Shown here: positions 48,988 through 60,200 of the stretch, one piece after another
Layout of the letters: each line of letters opens with the position of its first letter
Position numbering within the stretch: position 1 is the first letter of the stretch
NCBI GenBank assembly: GCA_021850485.1
Contig: JAJZLY010000008.1
Location: 113,305 to 177,304 of the forward strand
Source: Bacillota bacterium
Lineage (GTDB): Bacteria; Bacillota; Sulfobacillia; JAJZYS01; JAJZLH01
Direction: 5' to 3'
DNA: 64,000 nt
The notes under the pieces: model-generated
The model's input: only the letters and a program-made list of their open reading frames with translations
The model's database searches: none
What the model was told of the DNA's origin: nothing
Position numbers and translations under genes: made by a program

Positions 48988-49220
48988 ATTGGTGCTCAGC
49001 GACTAGAGGATTTTCGGGTTCCCCGGTGAAACGCAATCCCTACAGTTTTGGGTGGTCGTTACCGACCATCCGTCTCTATCTCAACGTGAACACCAAAGGG
49101 GGAAGGCTAGCGCTATCTGTCCGGCGCCATCTCAGGCGACCGGCCAGAAATCGACCGCCGCTTTAGGCGCAGAGCTAGGTACTTAGGGTCTGTGATCGAT
49201 GAAAACAGGGGGACACCGCG

Positions 49221-52200
49221 TTGAAGATTGAGAAGGACACCGCCCGCCACGGCCTACACATCGCTCGCCATTACACCCGGGCCGGCGAGAATCCCTACGA
49301 GTCGGTAACCTGGGACAAGCGTCACTCCCGGATTACGAACCCGGATGGGTCGGTGGTGTTCGAACTGCGCGATGTCGAGGTCCCCTCCGACTGGTCGCAA
49401 ATGGCAACCGACATCGTGGTCTCCAAGTACTTCCGCAAGGCCGGGGTGCCGCTGCGCGGCGAAGATGGAGAGGTTGTGCGCGACGAGGCCGGCCAAGCCG
49501 TCCTCGGTTCTGAGACATCGGTCCGTCAGGTGGTTCACCGCCTGGCCGGCACCTGGCGCCACCACGGTGACCTCAACGGCTACTTCAAGAGCGATGCCGA
49601 CGCCCAGGCCTTCTACGACGAGATCGTCTACATGCTGCTGCACCAGATTGCCGCTCCCAACTCCCCGCAGTGGTTCAACACGGGATTGGCCTGGGCGTAC
49701 GGCATCACCGGGCCGGCCCAGGGCCACTGGCGGGTGCCCGCCGAAGGCGGCGAGGCGATCCGGTCAGAAGACGCCTACACCCATCCGCAGACCTCCGCCT
49801 GCTTCATCCAGTCCGTGCGCGACGACCTGGTCGGCGAAGGCGGCATCATGGACTTGTGGACGCGCGAGAGTCGCATCTTTAAGTACGGCTCCGGTACCGG
49901 CACCAATTTCTCAACCATTCGCGGCGAGGGCGAGTCGCTCTCCGGCGGCGGTACCAGCTCAGGGCTGATGTCGTTTTTGCGGATCGGCGACCGGGCTGCC
50001 GGCGCCATCAAGTCAGGCGGCACCACGAGACGGGCGGCCAAGATGGTGGTGGTCAACGCTGACCACCCGGACATCGAGAAGTTCATCAACTGGAAGGTGG
50101 AAGAAGAGCGCAAGGTAGCCGCCCTGCTGGCGGCTGGCTACGACTCGGACTTCAACGGCGAAGCGTACCAGACCGTCAGCGGGCAAAATTCCAATAACTC
50201 GGTACGGGTCACAAACCAGTTCTTGGAGGCGGTGATCACAGACCGGGACTGGGATCTAATCAATCGGACGGACGGGCAGGTAGCCAAGACGCTCAAGGCC
50301 CGCGACCTGTGGCAGAAGATCGCTTCCGCCGCCTGGGCCTGTGCCGACCCCGGACTGCAATACGACTCCACCACCAACGACTGGCACACCTCTCCGCAGA
50401 GCGGCCGCATCAACGCCTCCAATCCGTGCGTGACCGGTGACACTCTGGTCGCCACCTCCTTCGGCTGGCGGCGGATCGATGAACTGGTCGGCGAAGGCGT
50501 GTTCTTGCAGGGTCATCTGGGCAAAGAGCGCTTGGCCCCTCAGGTGTTCCCCACCGGCACCAAGCCGGTGTTCACCCTGACCACCGTCAGCGGCTACCAG
50601 GTGAAACTCACAGCCGATCACAAGGTGGCTACGCAAAATCGCGCCGATGTCCCGGCCAGCGAACTGCGCCGCGGCGATCGTCTGATCTTGTCGGAAGCCG
50701 GATTCGGCCGCACCAGCCTGGCCGACGACCAAGCGGAATTACTGGGCATGGTGGTCGGCGCCGGACGGGTGTGGGGCGAAGAGGGTCAGCGCCAAGTCTA
50801 CCTGCGTCTGGACGGCGAGGACGCCTATGTGCTGCACACATACGCAGACCTGATCAGAGACCCCGAAGAGGACAGCGGCCGCAGCAGCCGGCGCGTTGCC
50901 AACTCCCGACTCAAGCCGTCGCCCTCCCCGATGCAGCAGTTGGCGGCAGTGATGACGAATTACGCCCACTTCGGTCACTCGGAAGAGGACAAGCAGCTCA
51001 CGCCCGAGGTACACGGTCTGGATGCCCAGAGTCTGTCTGCCTTCTTGCGCGGCCTGTTTACCGCAGCCGGCCGGGTGGAGATTCATCGGGCCGGCCCTTC
51101 GCTGGTGCTGGAGGCACCGTCCCGGCAGTTGTTGTCTCAAGTCCAGCTCTTGTTGCTCAACTTCCGCATCAAGAGCAGCCTCGGCGAAGAGAAGAGCGGC
51201 CTTCCGTCTTTGGTCATCGTCGGCGGCTACGTGGCCAATTTCGTCAAGTTCATCGGCCTGATTGACCACAGCGTGACGGCCCAGGATCTGGCCGACTGGG
51301 CAGGTGAGATCCCGTCCGACATCCCGTCTGTGATCACGGACGGTTTTGGCTCGCTGAAGTCTTTGGGTACGGAGCCTGTCTTCGACCTGACCGAGCCGAT
51401 CGATCACCACTTTTCCGCCAATGGACTGTGGGTGCACAACTGCTCGGAGTATTTGTTCTTGGACAACAGCGCCTGCAATCTGGCGTCTGTGAACCTGCTC
51501 ACCTTCCGCGACGCCACAAGTGGCCGCTTCGATGTTACGGCCTACCGGCACGCCGTGCGGCTTTGGACTATCGTGCTGGAAGTGGCCGTGCTGATGAGTC
51601 AGTTCCCCTCTCGGGAGATCGCCGAAATCAGTTACAAGTTCCGCACGCTGGGACTGGGCTACGCCAATTTGGGCGCCCTGTTGATGGTCGATGGACTGCC
51701 CTATGACTCACCCGGAGCTCGAGCCGTAGCCGGTGCCTTGACCGCCATCATGACCGGCGAGTCCTATGCCACATCGGCCGAAATGGCCGAGCAGTTGGGC
51801 GCCTTCGCCGGCTTCGCCGAAAACCGTGAGGACATGCTGCGGGTGATCCGCAACCACCGGCGGGCAGCCTATAACGCACCGCCCGAAGAGTACGAACAAC
51901 TGGGCGTGCTGCCAGTTGCCATTGATGCCGAGTTTTGCCCCGACGACCTGTTGAAGGCGGCACGCGAGGCCTGGGACCGGGCTCTGTCACTGGGTGAGAC
52001 CCATGGCTATCGCAACGCCCAGGTCACCTTGCTGGCACCGACCGGCACCATCGGGCTTCTGATGGACTGTGACACCACCGGCGTGGAGCCGGACTTCTCA
52101 GTCGTCAAGTTCAAGAAGCTGGCTGGCGGCGGTTACTTCAAGATCGCCAATCAGTCGATCCGCCCGGCGCTCAGCCGCCTCGGCTACAGCGACCGGCAGG

Positions 52201-53429
52201 TCGAGGACATCTTGCGCTATGTGATGGGCACCTTGAGCCTGAAGGATGCTCCGGTGATCAGTCGCGACAACCTGAAAACCCGCGGGCTGGACGAGGACGA
52301 GGTACGCAAGATCGAGACTGCTCTGCCCAGCGTGTTCGAATTTGACCAGGCCTTTGCCGGCTGGGTGCTCGGCCCTGACAGCATGCAGCGGCTGAATTTG
52401 CCGCAGACCGCTTCTGGCCAAGACGTCCTTCTGGCCCTCGGATACAAGCAGGCAGAGATCGCTCAGGCAGCGGTCGTCGTCTGCGGCCAGATGACGCTGG
52501 AGGGCGCCCCCCACCTGAAGGAAGAAGATCTGGCCGTGTTCGACTGTGCCAATCCCTGCGGCAAGATCGGTACCCGCTACATCGCCCCCATGGGCCACGT
52601 CCGGATGATGGGTGCGGTCCAGCCGTTTTTGTCCGGCGGCATCTCCAAGACCATCAACATGCCCAACGATGCCACCATTGAGGATGTGCAAACCGCCTAC
52701 CTGGAGAGCTGGAAATTAGGTCTGAAGGCGATCGCCATCTACCGGGACGGTTCTAAGCTGTCCCAGCCGCTGAACTCTCGTGGCACCGACAACGGCGATG
52801 GCGACGAGGCAGCACAAGAGGGTACGCCGATGCCGCGGCGCCGGCCCCTGCCGGCCAAGCGCCACGGCTTCACCCAAGAGGCCAGGGTCGGTGGGCACAA
52901 GGTGTACCTGCGCACCGGCGAATACCAAGACGGCACCTTGGGCGAGATCTTCATCGACATGCACAAGGAGGGCGCTGCCTTCCGCAGTCTGATCAACTGC
53001 TTCGCCATCGCCGTCTCCAAGGGACTGCAATACGGCGTGCCGCTGAGTGAGTTCGTCGACACCTTCATCTTCACCCGATTCGAGCCCCAAGGCATCGTAG
53101 AGGGCCATCCCAACGTCAAGATGTCTACCTCGGTGGTCGACTACATCTTCCGAGTTCTGGGCATGGAGTATCTGGGCCGCACCGATTTCGTCCAGGTCAA
53201 GCCGATCGACGACGAGGGGACGGCCGCTGCCCAGCCGATCGCCATCCAGAGCGCTCCGGTGAAACGGGTGGCCGCTGAACCGACGGTGTCACCACGAAAC
53301 GCCCTCGACGAGCAACTCTCCCAGATGCTCGGCGATGCCCCCATCTGCGAGATCTGCGGACACATCACGATTCGTAACGGCGCCTGCTACAAGTGCCTGA
53401 ACTGCGGGAACACCCTGGGCTGCTCTTAG
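49221..53429 (+). CDS. nrdJ: Class II (adenosylcobalamin-dependent) ribonucleotide reductase, intein-containing
   Basis: [16 protein letters not shown]|CSE catalytic loop split by the intein, LAPTGTI, C-terminal CEICG..CLNCG. Confidence 0.95.
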   Translation: MKIEKDTARHGLHIARHYTRAGENPYESVTWDKRHSRITNPDGSVVFELRDVEVPSDWSQMATDIVVSKYFRKAGVPLRGEDGEVVRDEAGQAVLGSETSVRQVVHRLAGTWRHHGDLNGYFKSDADAQAFYDEIVYMLLHQIAAPNSPQWFNTGLAWAYGITGPAQGHWRVPAEGGEAIRSEDAYTHPQTSACFIQSVRDDLVGEGGIMDLWTRESRIFKYGSGTGTNFSTIRGEGESLSGGGTSSGLMSFLRIGDRAAGAIKSGGTTRRAAKMVVVNADHPDIEKFINWKVEEERKVAALLAAGYDSDFNGEAYQTVSGQNSNNSVRVTNQFLEAVITDRDWDLINRTDGQVAKTLKARDLWQKIASAAWACADPGLQYDSTTNDWHTSPQSGRINASNPCVTGDTLVATSFGWRRIDELVGEGVFLQGHLGKERLAPQVFPTGTKPVFTLTTVSGYQVKLTADHKVATQNRADVPASELRRGDRLILSEAGFGRTSLADDQAELLGMVVGAGRVWGEEGQRQVYLRLDGEDAYVLHTYADLIRDPEEDSGRSSRRVANSRLKPSPSPMQQLAAVMTNYAHFGHSEEDKQLTPEVHGLDAQSLSAFLRGLFTAAGRVEIHRAGPSLVLEAPSRQLLSQVQLLLLNFRIKSSLGEEKSGLPSLVIVGGYVANFVKFIGLIDHSVTAQDLADWAGEIPSDIPSVITDGFGSLKSLGTEPVFDLTEPIDHHFSANGLWVHNCSEYLFLDNSACNLASVNLLTFRDATSGRFDVTAYRHAVRLWTIVLEVAVLMSQFPSREIAEISYKFRTLGLGYANLGALLMVDGLPYDSPGARAVAGALTAIMTGESYATSAEMAEQLGAFAGFAENREDMLRVIRNHRRAAYNAPPEEYEQLGVLPVAIDAEFCPDDLLKAAREAWDRALSLGETHGYRNAQVTLLAPTGTIGLLMDCDTTGVEPDFSVVKFKKLAGGGYFKIANQSIRPALSRLGYSDRQVEDILRYVMGTLSLKDAPVISRDNLKTRGLDEDEVRKIETALPSVFEFDQAFAGWVLGPDSMQRLNLPQTASGQDVLLALGYKQAEIAQAAVVVCGQMTLEGAPHLKEEDLAVFDCANPCGKIGTRYIAPMGHVRMMGAVQPFLSGGISKTINMPNDATIEDVQTAYLESWKLGLKAIAIYRDGSKLSQPLNSRGTDNGDGDEAAQEGTPMPRRRPLPAKRHGFTQEARVGGHKVYLRTGEYQDGTLGEIFIDMHKEGAAFRSLINCFAIAVSKGLQYGVPLSEFVDTFIFTRFEPQGIVEGHPNVKMSTSVVDYIFRVLGMEYLGRTDFVQVKPIDDEGTAAAQPIAIQSAPVKRVAAEPTVSPRNALDEQLSQMLGDAPICEICGHITIRNGACYKCLNCGNTLGCS
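50427..51440 (+). mobile_element. Intein (338 aa) with LAGLIDADG domain at the RNR catalytic-Cys site
   Basis: Block A CVTGDT, block B LTADH, block F VFDLT, C-terminal HN followed by extein Cys; removal restores NASNP-CSEY. Confidence 0.95.
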
Positions 53430-53513
53430 GTCCGCTGCGCTAGGCGTTTCAGCCGAGCCCCCAACGCCGCACGCACCATTCTTGCCAGCACCAGCGGACC
53501 AGGAGGCGATCTC

Positions 53514-53666
53514 ATGCAGCGTCGACCCTCCAGCGGCAAACGGACCAGCCGTCCGGTCGCCAGCTTGGCCTCCAAGGTGGGCCGCGCTGATCGCTTTCCT
53601 GGTGCAGCCAAGCCGTCCGCTGCCAGCGCACCGAACCAACGGCCCAAGCGGCGCAAGAAGAAGTAA
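53514..53666 (+). CDS. Small highly basic protein (50 aa), not in the ORF track
   Basis: AGGAGG RBS 7 nt before ATG; MQRRPSSGKR...RPKRRKKK; followed by a terminator-like hairpin. Confidence 0.55.
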   Translation: MQRRPSSGKRTSRPVASLASKVGRADRFPGAAKPSAASAPNQRPKRRKKK

Positions 53667-53683
53667 CAGGCGAAGCGTGCCTG

Positions 53684-53718
53684 GGCACCGCCTGGAGATA
53701 CCAGGCGGTGCCATTTCT
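53684..53718 (+). terminator. Intrinsic terminator-like hairpin
   Basis: Perfect 12-bp stem GGCACCGCCTGG-AGATA-CCAGGCGGTGCC then ATTTCT. Confidence 0.7.
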
Positions 53719-53737
53719 GCACTCTTAGACGGCTGAC

Positions 53738-55492
53738 ATGGCCCAGGTAGATGTCCATACTTTGGTCATGATCAGATTGCTCCACTTCTTGCGACCGTTT
53801 CGCAGCCTGGTGGCGTTGGTCCTGGCGCTCACCTTTGTTCAGACCACGGCCACTTTGTACCTGCCAACGCTGACCTCGAACATCGTCGACACCGGCGTGG
53901 TCAAGGGCAATGTGCCGTACATCATTCAGATCGGCGCCCTGATGCTGGCCATCACGCTGCTGGGCGCAGCCGCCGCCGCCTTGTCCAGCCTCTTCGGTTC
54001 GCGCGCCACAGCCGGGTTCGGCCAGCGGCTGAGAAGCGCTGTCTTCTCCCACGTTCAGCAGTTCACGCTGCGCGGCTTCGACCAGATCGGCACTTCATCT
54101 TTGATCGTGCGCACCACCAACGACGTGATGCAGGTGCAGCAGCTGATCAACATGATGCTGAGCATGATGGTGATGGCACCTTTGACCGCCATCGGCGGCA
54201 TCGTGCTGGCGCTTTACACAGACGCCCGCCTGGCCGTGATCGCCTTCTTGGCCATTCCCGTGCTGGGCCTCGCCATCTACCTGCTAATGCGCAGGGGGCT
54301 TGGCCTGTTCAGCACCATGCAGGTCAAAGTCGACCGTCTGAATCTGGTGCTGCGCGAGAACCTGACCGGCGTGCGCGTGATCCGCGCCTTCGACCGGGTC
54401 CCATTTGAGGTGGATCGCTTCGATCAGGGCAACCGCAGCCTGACCGACACTTCGGTGTCCGTGTTCCGCCTGATGGCCCTGTTGATGCCGACCGTGATGC
54501 TGGTGATGAACCTGGCGGTGGTGGCAGTGGTCTGGTTTGGCGGCATCGAGATCGGCGCTGGCACTTTGCAGGTGGGCCAGCTGATGGCGCTGATCCAGTA
54601 TGTGATGCAGATCATGTTCGCCGTGATGATGGTGTCGATGATGGCCTTCATGATCCCCAGGGGCCAGGCGTCGGCCAACCGCATCAACGAGGTGCTGGAC
54701 ATCGCCCCGGACATCACCGACCCCGCCGCCCCCCAGCCTGCGGCCCCTGGCGGCCGCCTAGCGTTCGAGCACGTCACCTTCCACTACCCGGGTGCTGAAC
54801 AGCCTGCCCTCTGTGACATCTCGTTCGTGGCCACTCCTGGTCAGACGGTGGCGATCATCGGTGGCACCGGCGCCGGCAAGTCCACGCTGCTGAACTTGAT
54901 CCCCCGTTTTTACGACGTGACCTCAGGCGCCATCACCCTGGACGGCGTGGACGTGCGCACCATCACCCAGGCGGATCTGCGCGCTCAGATTGGCTATGTC
55001 CCCGCCCAGGCCGTGCTGTTTTCCGGTTCGGTCTTGGACAACTTGCGCTACGGCGACATGGACGCTTCGGAAGAAACCGCCACGGCGGCGCTGTCCACCG
55101 CCCAGGCAGACGAGTTCGTGGCCGAAATGGACGGCGGAGTGGCGGCCGAGTTGACTCAGGGCGGCGCCAACTTGTCGGGCGGTCAAAAACAACGCCTCTC
55201 GATCGCCCGTGCTCTGGTGCGCCAGGTCCCGCTCTACTTATTCGACGACTGCTTCTCGGCACTCGACTACCGGACCGACGCAGCCTTGCGCCAAGCCCTG
55301 CGCCAGCGGGTGAGCGGTGCCACGGTGCTGATCGTCGCCCAGCGGGTCAGCACGGTCATGGACGCCGACCAGATCTTGGTGATCGATGACGGCCGTCTGG
55401 TCGGAGCGGGCACCCATCGCCAGTTGATGGCCAACTCAGAGGTCTATCGCGAGATCGTCAACTCCCAGCTGCTGCCGGAGGAGATCGCGTGA
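53738..55492 (+). CDS. Heterodimeric ABC exporter subunit (TM287-like)
   Basis: TMD plus NBD; GGTGAGKST, LSGGQKQR, degenerate FDD and AQR; start 53738 or 53768. Confidence 0.93.
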   Translation: MAQVDVHTLVMIRLLHFLRPFRSLVALVLALTFVQTTATLYLPTLTSNIVDTGVVKGNVPYIIQIGALMLAITLLGAAAAALSSLFGSRATAGFGQRLRSAVFSHVQQFTLRGFDQIGTSSLIVRTTNDVMQVQQLINMMLSMMVMAPLTAIGGIVLALYTDARLAVIAFLAIPVLGLAIYLLMRRGLGLFSTMQVKVDRLNLVLRENLTGVRVIRAFDRVPFEVDRFDQGNRSLTDTSVSVFRLMALLMPTVMLVMNLAVVAVVWFGGIEIGAGTLQVGQLMALIQYVMQIMFAVMMVSMMAFMIPRGQASANRINEVLDIAPDITDPAAPQPAAPGGRLAFEHVTFHYPGAEQPALCDISFVATPGQTVAIIGGTGAGKSTLLNLIPRFYDVTSGAITLDGVDVRTITQADLRAQIGYVPAQAVLFSGSVLDNLRYGDMDASEETATAALSTAQADEFVAEMDGGVAAELTQGGANLSGGQKQRLSIARALVRQVPLYLFDDCFSALDYRTDAALRQALRQRVSGATVLIVAQRVSTVMDADQILVIDDGRLVGAGTHRQLMANSEVYREIVNSQLLPEEIA

Positions 55493-57378
55493 GCGCCAAC
55501 CGCCCGCTGCCGCAAGGGCGGCGCGGCTTCATGGGCGGCGGACCGATGGGCATGGGCATGCCGGTAGAGCGGCCGAAAAATGCCAAGGCGACCTTGTTTC
55601 GCTTGCTCGGCTATCTGAAGCCACACCGCCTGGCGCTATCTGCGGTGGCGCTGACAGCCGTGGCCAGCACAGTGTTCAGCATCCTCACGCCCAAGATCCT
55701 GGGCAACATCACCACCGATCTCTTCTCGGGCGTCCTCCGACGGCTGCGCGGCCTGCCCGGCGGCGGCATCAACTTCACGCAGGTGTGGGATCTGCTGGCG
55801 CTCTTGGTTGGCTTGTACGTGTTCAGCGCCGTCTTCAGCTGGCTGATGCAGTACACGATGGCCGGCGTCGCCCAGCGCACGGTCTACGGCATCCGCCAGC
55901 AGGTGATGGGCAAGCTGGGCCGGCTGCCGGTCAACTTTTTTGACACCCACCCGCACGGTGAGATCTTGAGCCGTTTCGTCAACGACTTCGACAACATCAG
56001 CACCACCTTGCAGCAGAGCCTGACCCAGGCGATCACGGCGGCCATCACCTTCGTCGGCGTGGTGGTGATGATGCTGACCATCAGCCCGCTGATGACGCTG
56101 GTGGTGGTGGCCACCTTGCCGCTTAGCTTCCTGATCACCCGAGCCATCGCCATGCGCTCGCAAGGCTACTTCTTATCCCGCCAGCGCCGACTGGGCGAAC
56201 TGAACGGCCACGTCGAGGAGATGTATACCGGCCATCTGATCATCAAGGCATACGGCCACGAACAGCGGGCTCTCAACACATTCGAGGCGATCAACGCCGA
56301 GCTCTACGAGTCGACCTGGCGGGCGCAGTTCATCACCGGCATCATCATGCCGGCGATGAACGCCATCGGTAACCTGGGCTACGTGCTGGTCAGTGTGGTG
56401 GGTGGCATCTTGGTCACCCAGGGCACGCTGCAGATCGGCGACATCTTGGCCTTCATCCAATACGCCCGCCAGTTTTCGCAGCCGATCACCCAGCTGTCCA
56501 GCATCTCCAACGTCATCCAGTCTGCACTGGCGTCTTCCGAGCGGGTCTTTGAGATCTTGGACCAACCTGAAGAGCAGTCGGCCGCCGCCTCAGATACCCC
56601 AGATCGGCCAGCGCGCGGCGACGTGTCTTTTGCTGATGTGGGCTTTTCCTATCTGCCCAGCCGGCCCTTGATCGACCACCTGACCATCAGCGTGCACAGC
56701 GGCCAAAAGGTGGCCATCGTGGGACCAACCGGTGCCGGCAAGACCACTTTGGTCAATTTGCTGATGCGCTTTTACGATATTGACCAGGGCCAGATCACCG
56801 TGGACGGCCGCGACGTTTCTCGCATCGGCCGCAGCCAACTGCGCCGCCAATTTGGAATGGTGTTGCAAGACACCTGGCTGTTCAACGGCACCATCCGCCA
56901 AAACATTGCCTACGGGCATCCCGGCGCCACCGACGCTGAAGTGGAGTCGGCGGCTCAGGCAGCCCACGCCGACCATTTCATCCGCACCTTGCCGGACGGC
57001 TACGACACCGTGCTGAACGAAGAGGGCTCTAACATCTCCCAGGGCCAGCGCCAGCTCTTGACCATCGCCCGTGCCTTCGTCGCCAATCCACCGATTTTGA
57101 TCCTGGACGAGGCCACCTCCAGTGTCGACACCCGCACCGAGATCGCCATCCAGCGCGCCATGCTCAACCTGATGAGAGGCCGTACCAGCTTTGTGATTGC
57201 CCACCGCCTCTCCACCATTCGCAACGCCGACTTGATCTTGGTCATGAACCACGGCCAGGTGGTGGAGCAGGGCCAGCATGACGACCTGCTGCAGCGGGGC
57301 GGACTCTATGCTGAGCTCTATCACAGCCAGTTCTCGCTGCAACAGCCCATCGGCGACCTGGGGCCCGCTCTGCCCTGA
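55489..57378 (+). CDS. Heterodimeric ABC exporter subunit (TM288-like)
   Basis: GPTGAGKT, ISQGQRQ, LDEATS, IAHRL. Confidence 0.93.
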   Translation: MSANRPLPQGRRGFMGGGPMGMGMPVERPKNAKATLFRLLGYLKPHRLALSAVALTAVASTVFSILTPKILGNITTDLFSGVLRRLRGLPGGGINFTQVWDLLALLVGLYVFSAVFSWLMQYTMAGVAQRTVYGIRQQVMGKLGRLPVNFFDTHPHGEILSRFVNDFDNISTTLQQSLTQAITAAITFVGVVVMMLTISPLMTLVVVATLPLSFLITRAIAMRSQGYFLSRQRRLGELNGHVEEMYTGHLIIKAYGHEQRALNTFEAINAELYESTWRAQFITGIIMPAMNAIGNLGYVLVSVVGGILVTQGTLQIGDILAFIQYARQFSQPITQLSSISNVIQSALASSERVFEILDQPEEQSAAASDTPDRPARGDVSFADVGFSYLPSRPLIDHLTISVHSGQKVAIVGPTGAGKTTLVNLLMRFYDIDQGQITVDGRDVSRIGRSQLRRQFGMVLQDTWLFNGTIRQNIAYGHPGATDAEVESAAQAAHADHFIRTLPDGYDTVLNEEGSNISQGQRQLLTIARAFVANPPILILDEATSSVDTRTEIAIQRAMLNLMRGRTSFVIAHRLSTIRNADLILVMNHGQVVEQGQHDDLLQRGGLYAELYHSQFSLQQPIGDLGPALP

Positions 57379-57447
57379 GCACTGCCGCTTACGGGCGGTT
57401 GCATCCGAGCTAGCGAGAGGGCCTACAATGGAGCAGGAGATGGTTAC

Positions 57448-59040
57448 ATGATCCATGACATCATGCACGGTCATCTGCTCTCAGAGGTCGGCGAAGGCTG
57501 GCGTCCGGCTCGCCCGGAGCGGGTGATCCGGGGCACCATCGTCTTCTTGCCGGCGGCGCCGGCCGCTGTGGAGGCGGCCATCTCCCGGCAGGCCGCCGGG
57601 GAACCGCCGCTGAGCAAGGCTGCGGTCGACCAGCTGATGGCGCCTGCACACGCTGCGGTTCAGCGCACACTCGCCTATCTGGAGCGGTCCGGATTGAAGG
57701 TGTCGAACTGGGCCTTCCCTGGCCTGACCGCCGACTTCACGGGACCAGTACGGGCCGTCGAGCGGGCCTTTTCCTGCGGCATGCTGGAGGCCAGCCGAGA
57801 CGGCCTCACCCTGTACCGCAACCGCGGCGAGCCGCAGTTGCCGCCGACGTTGGCCGCCACTGTGCTGGCTGTCATCGGTCTGGAGTCCCTGACCCGGGCT
57901 AAGCCGGCCTTTCGCTGGCCCTTCCAGCACCCGTTTCCAGCGAATGCTGGCCGCGGATTTTATCCGGACGACATCATCAGCGCCTACAACCTGCCAGACA
58001 CCTTATCTGGTGAGGGCCAGCGCTTGGTGCTGATGGAATTTTCCAGCGGCTTCAACCCTGGCGATCTAAACGCCTTTTGGGACCAGCATCGGATCATGCG
58101 GCCTACCGTCCAAGTCGTGTCGGTGGATGGTACTGCCAACGACGGCGGCGTCGCACCCCAAGATGCGGAGTGCACGCTGGACCTGGAGTGGGCCGGAGCG
58201 ATCGCCCCTGGTGCCGAGTTGGTGGTGATGCAGTCGTCATCGGGCACCTCCGATCTATCCTTCGCCCGCTCCATGCTGATGGCGCTGGACCAGGTCTATG
58301 GACTCGACCCGTTGCCCGGTGCTGTTTCCATTTCCTACGGTGACGCCGAGAGCCACTTCCCCAAGCGGGCGCTGATGGCATGGGATCTGCTGGTCAGCCG
58401 CCTGAGCCTGGCCGGATGCACCGTCTTGGCCGCCTCCGGCGATCGCGGCGCCTATGGGGAGGCCGGCCCCGGCCGGCCCTATCCGCATGTCGACGCCCCG
58501 GCCAGCTTGCCACACCTGGTGGCCGTCGGCGGTACCACCTTGACCCTGACCGCCGACTTGCAACGCAAGACCGAAACCGGTTGGTCGGACACCAATAATA
58601 ATGGCGCCTCCGGCGGCGGCGTCAGTTTGATGTTCCCCCGCCCGACCTGGCAGGAAAGCGTCAACGTTCCGCTCAACCCGGTCGGCCGCTATGGGCGCGG
58701 CGTACCGGATGTGGCGCTCAACGCCGATCCGGACACCGGCTACGCCATCACCTTTCAGGGCCAGCGCACGGTGATCGGTGGCACCTCGGCCAGCACTCCG
58801 ATCACGGCCGGCTTGATCACCTTGATCAATGAGGCCCGGGCCCAGGCCGGCCGGGGTCCTGTTGGATTTGTGACACCGCGCCTTTACAAGTTGGGACCTT
58901 CTGCCGCATTTCACGACATCTTAGATGGCAACAACTCCATTCCCGGCGTGAGCGGCTACCGCTGCGGCCCGGGTTGGGATGCGGTCACCGGCTGGGGTTC
59001 AGTCGACGGCGGTCGCCTGCTGGACGCCCTGCTCAACTGA
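57448..59040 (+). CDS. S53 sedolisin/kumamolisin-family acid protease with prodomain
   Basis: Triad ECTLD / GGTSAS, oxyanion ASGD, Ca-site GWDAVTGWG. Confidence 0.93.
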   Translation: MIHDIMHGHLLSEVGEGWRPARPERVIRGTIVFLPAAPAAVEAAISRQAAGEPPLSKAAVDQLMAPAHAAVQRTLAYLERSGLKVSNWAFPGLTADFTGPVRAVERAFSCGMLEASRDGLTLYRNRGEPQLPPTLAATVLAVIGLESLTRAKPAFRWPFQHPFPANAGRGFYPDDIISAYNLPDTLSGEGQRLVLMEFSSGFNPGDLNAFWDQHRIMRPTVQVVSVDGTANDGGVAPQDAECTLDLEWAGAIAPGAELVVMQSSSGTSDLSFARSMLMALDQVYGLDPLPGAVSISYGDAESHFPKRALMAWDLLVSRLSLAGCTVLAASGDRGAYGEAGPGRPYPHVDAPASLPHLVAVGGTTLTLTADLQRKTETGWSDTNNNGASGGGVSLMFPRPTWQESVNVPLNPVGRYGRGVPDVALNADPDTGYAITFQGQRTVIGGTSASTPITAGLITLINEARAQAGRGPVGFVTPRLYKLGPSAAFHDILDGNNSIPGVSGYRCGPGWDAVTGWGSVDGGRLLDALLN

Positions 59041-59067
59041 TTTCCAGACAGAGCTCAAGGAGGTAGC

Positions 59068-60075
59068 ATGACGCGCCCTTTTCGCCTGGCCGAAGCGGCC
59101 TTGCTGGTGGCTCTGTTGGCCCTAAGTGCGTGCGGCAGTGCAGCACCGAGCGCTAGGGCCAAGGTCTCCGCCAAGACTCCTGTGGCGACGACGGTCAAGC
59201 AGCCGACGGCTGCAACTGCCACAGCGGCCGGCAAGCCCACCTTTGTCGGCGGCCAGGGCGGTGTGTACTACCAGAACATGGTGGTCGTGCTGACCTGGCA
59301 CGCCATCGCTCAGACCGGTGTGTACGACACCATCTCGGTTTCGGCATTTCAAGGGCAGATGGCAGCGCTGGCGGCGGACGGCTTTCATCCGATCTCAGCC
59401 GCTCAGTTCAGCGCCTTTTTGCTGTCCAGTCAAGCGATTCCAGACAATGCCGTGCTCCTCACCTTCGACAACGGTGTGGAAGACGTCTACACCTTGGGTT
59501 TTCCCATCTTGCAGCACTTCCACTTCCCGTCTGTGATGTTCCCGGTGCTGGGCCGCACCAATGTGCTGAGCGGCTACTTCACGTCGGCCCAAATCACGGC
59601 GCTGGCCAAGAGCGGCCTGGTCACGATCGGTTCGCACACCTACGCCCAGCACATCGGTGTAGCGGTCGGACCGCATCAGGCTGCGCCGGCGGATGTGATG
59701 CCCGCCTGGAACGGGGTGAGCACCGAGAGTGCGGCCCAGTTTCAATCGTCCATCGCCAACGACGCCGCCTTGGCCCAGGCAGCGATCGTCAAGTGGACCG
59801 GGCGGGCTGAGCCCTATTTTTCTGATCCCTTCGGCCAGTACACCCCGACGCTGATCGCAGCCTTGGCCAAAGCTGGCTTCACCCAAGATTTCACCACTCT
59901 CGGCTGGGCGGTGGTGCCCGGTGCACCCGCCGATCGCATCCCGCGCATCAATGTGGGCACTGGCTCTTCCAGCGCAGCCTCGATGGTTGGCGCCATCTTG
60001 CAAGTCGCTCGCCTCACCGCCGCCGATCCGACTTGGCATCCGCCGCTCAGCCATGTGGTGATCTGGCACACCTAG
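59068..60075 (+). CDS. Polysaccharide deacetylase lipoprotein (CE4, IcaB/PgaB-like)
   Basis: Lipobox LSAC, LTWH, LTFDNG, SHTYAQH, PFG, IPRINV. Confidence 0.85.
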   Translation: MTRPFRLAEAALLVALLALSACGSAAPSARAKVSAKTPVATTVKQPTAATATAAGKPTFVGGQGGVYYQNMVVVLTWHAIAQTGVYDTISVSAFQGQMAALAADGFHPISAAQFSAFLLSSQAIPDNAVLLTFDNGVEDVYTLGFPILQHFHFPSVMFPVLGRTNVLSGYFTSAQITALAKSGLVTIGSHTYAQHIGVAVGPHQAAPADVMPAWNGVSTESAAQFQSSIANDAALAQAAIVKWTGRAEPYFSDPFGQYTPTLIAALAKAGFTQDFTTLGWAVVPGAPADRIPRINVGTGSSSAASMVGAILQVARLTAADPTWHPPLSHVVIWHT

Positions 60076-60200
60076 GCAGGGGCAGCCTGGAGCCAGCGGC
60101 CTGCGGTCGCCTTGACAGGCCTGACCCCCAGCGGCTAACAATCTGAAGGGCCATCTTGTTTTGGCACGCACATCTTGAACCCACCGGAAGGACGGATCTG

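Noticed and set aside
48990-49160. Annotating a canonical cobalamin riboswitch upstream of nrdJ
   Set aside because: The core B12-box elements are missing; kept only as a speculative finding.
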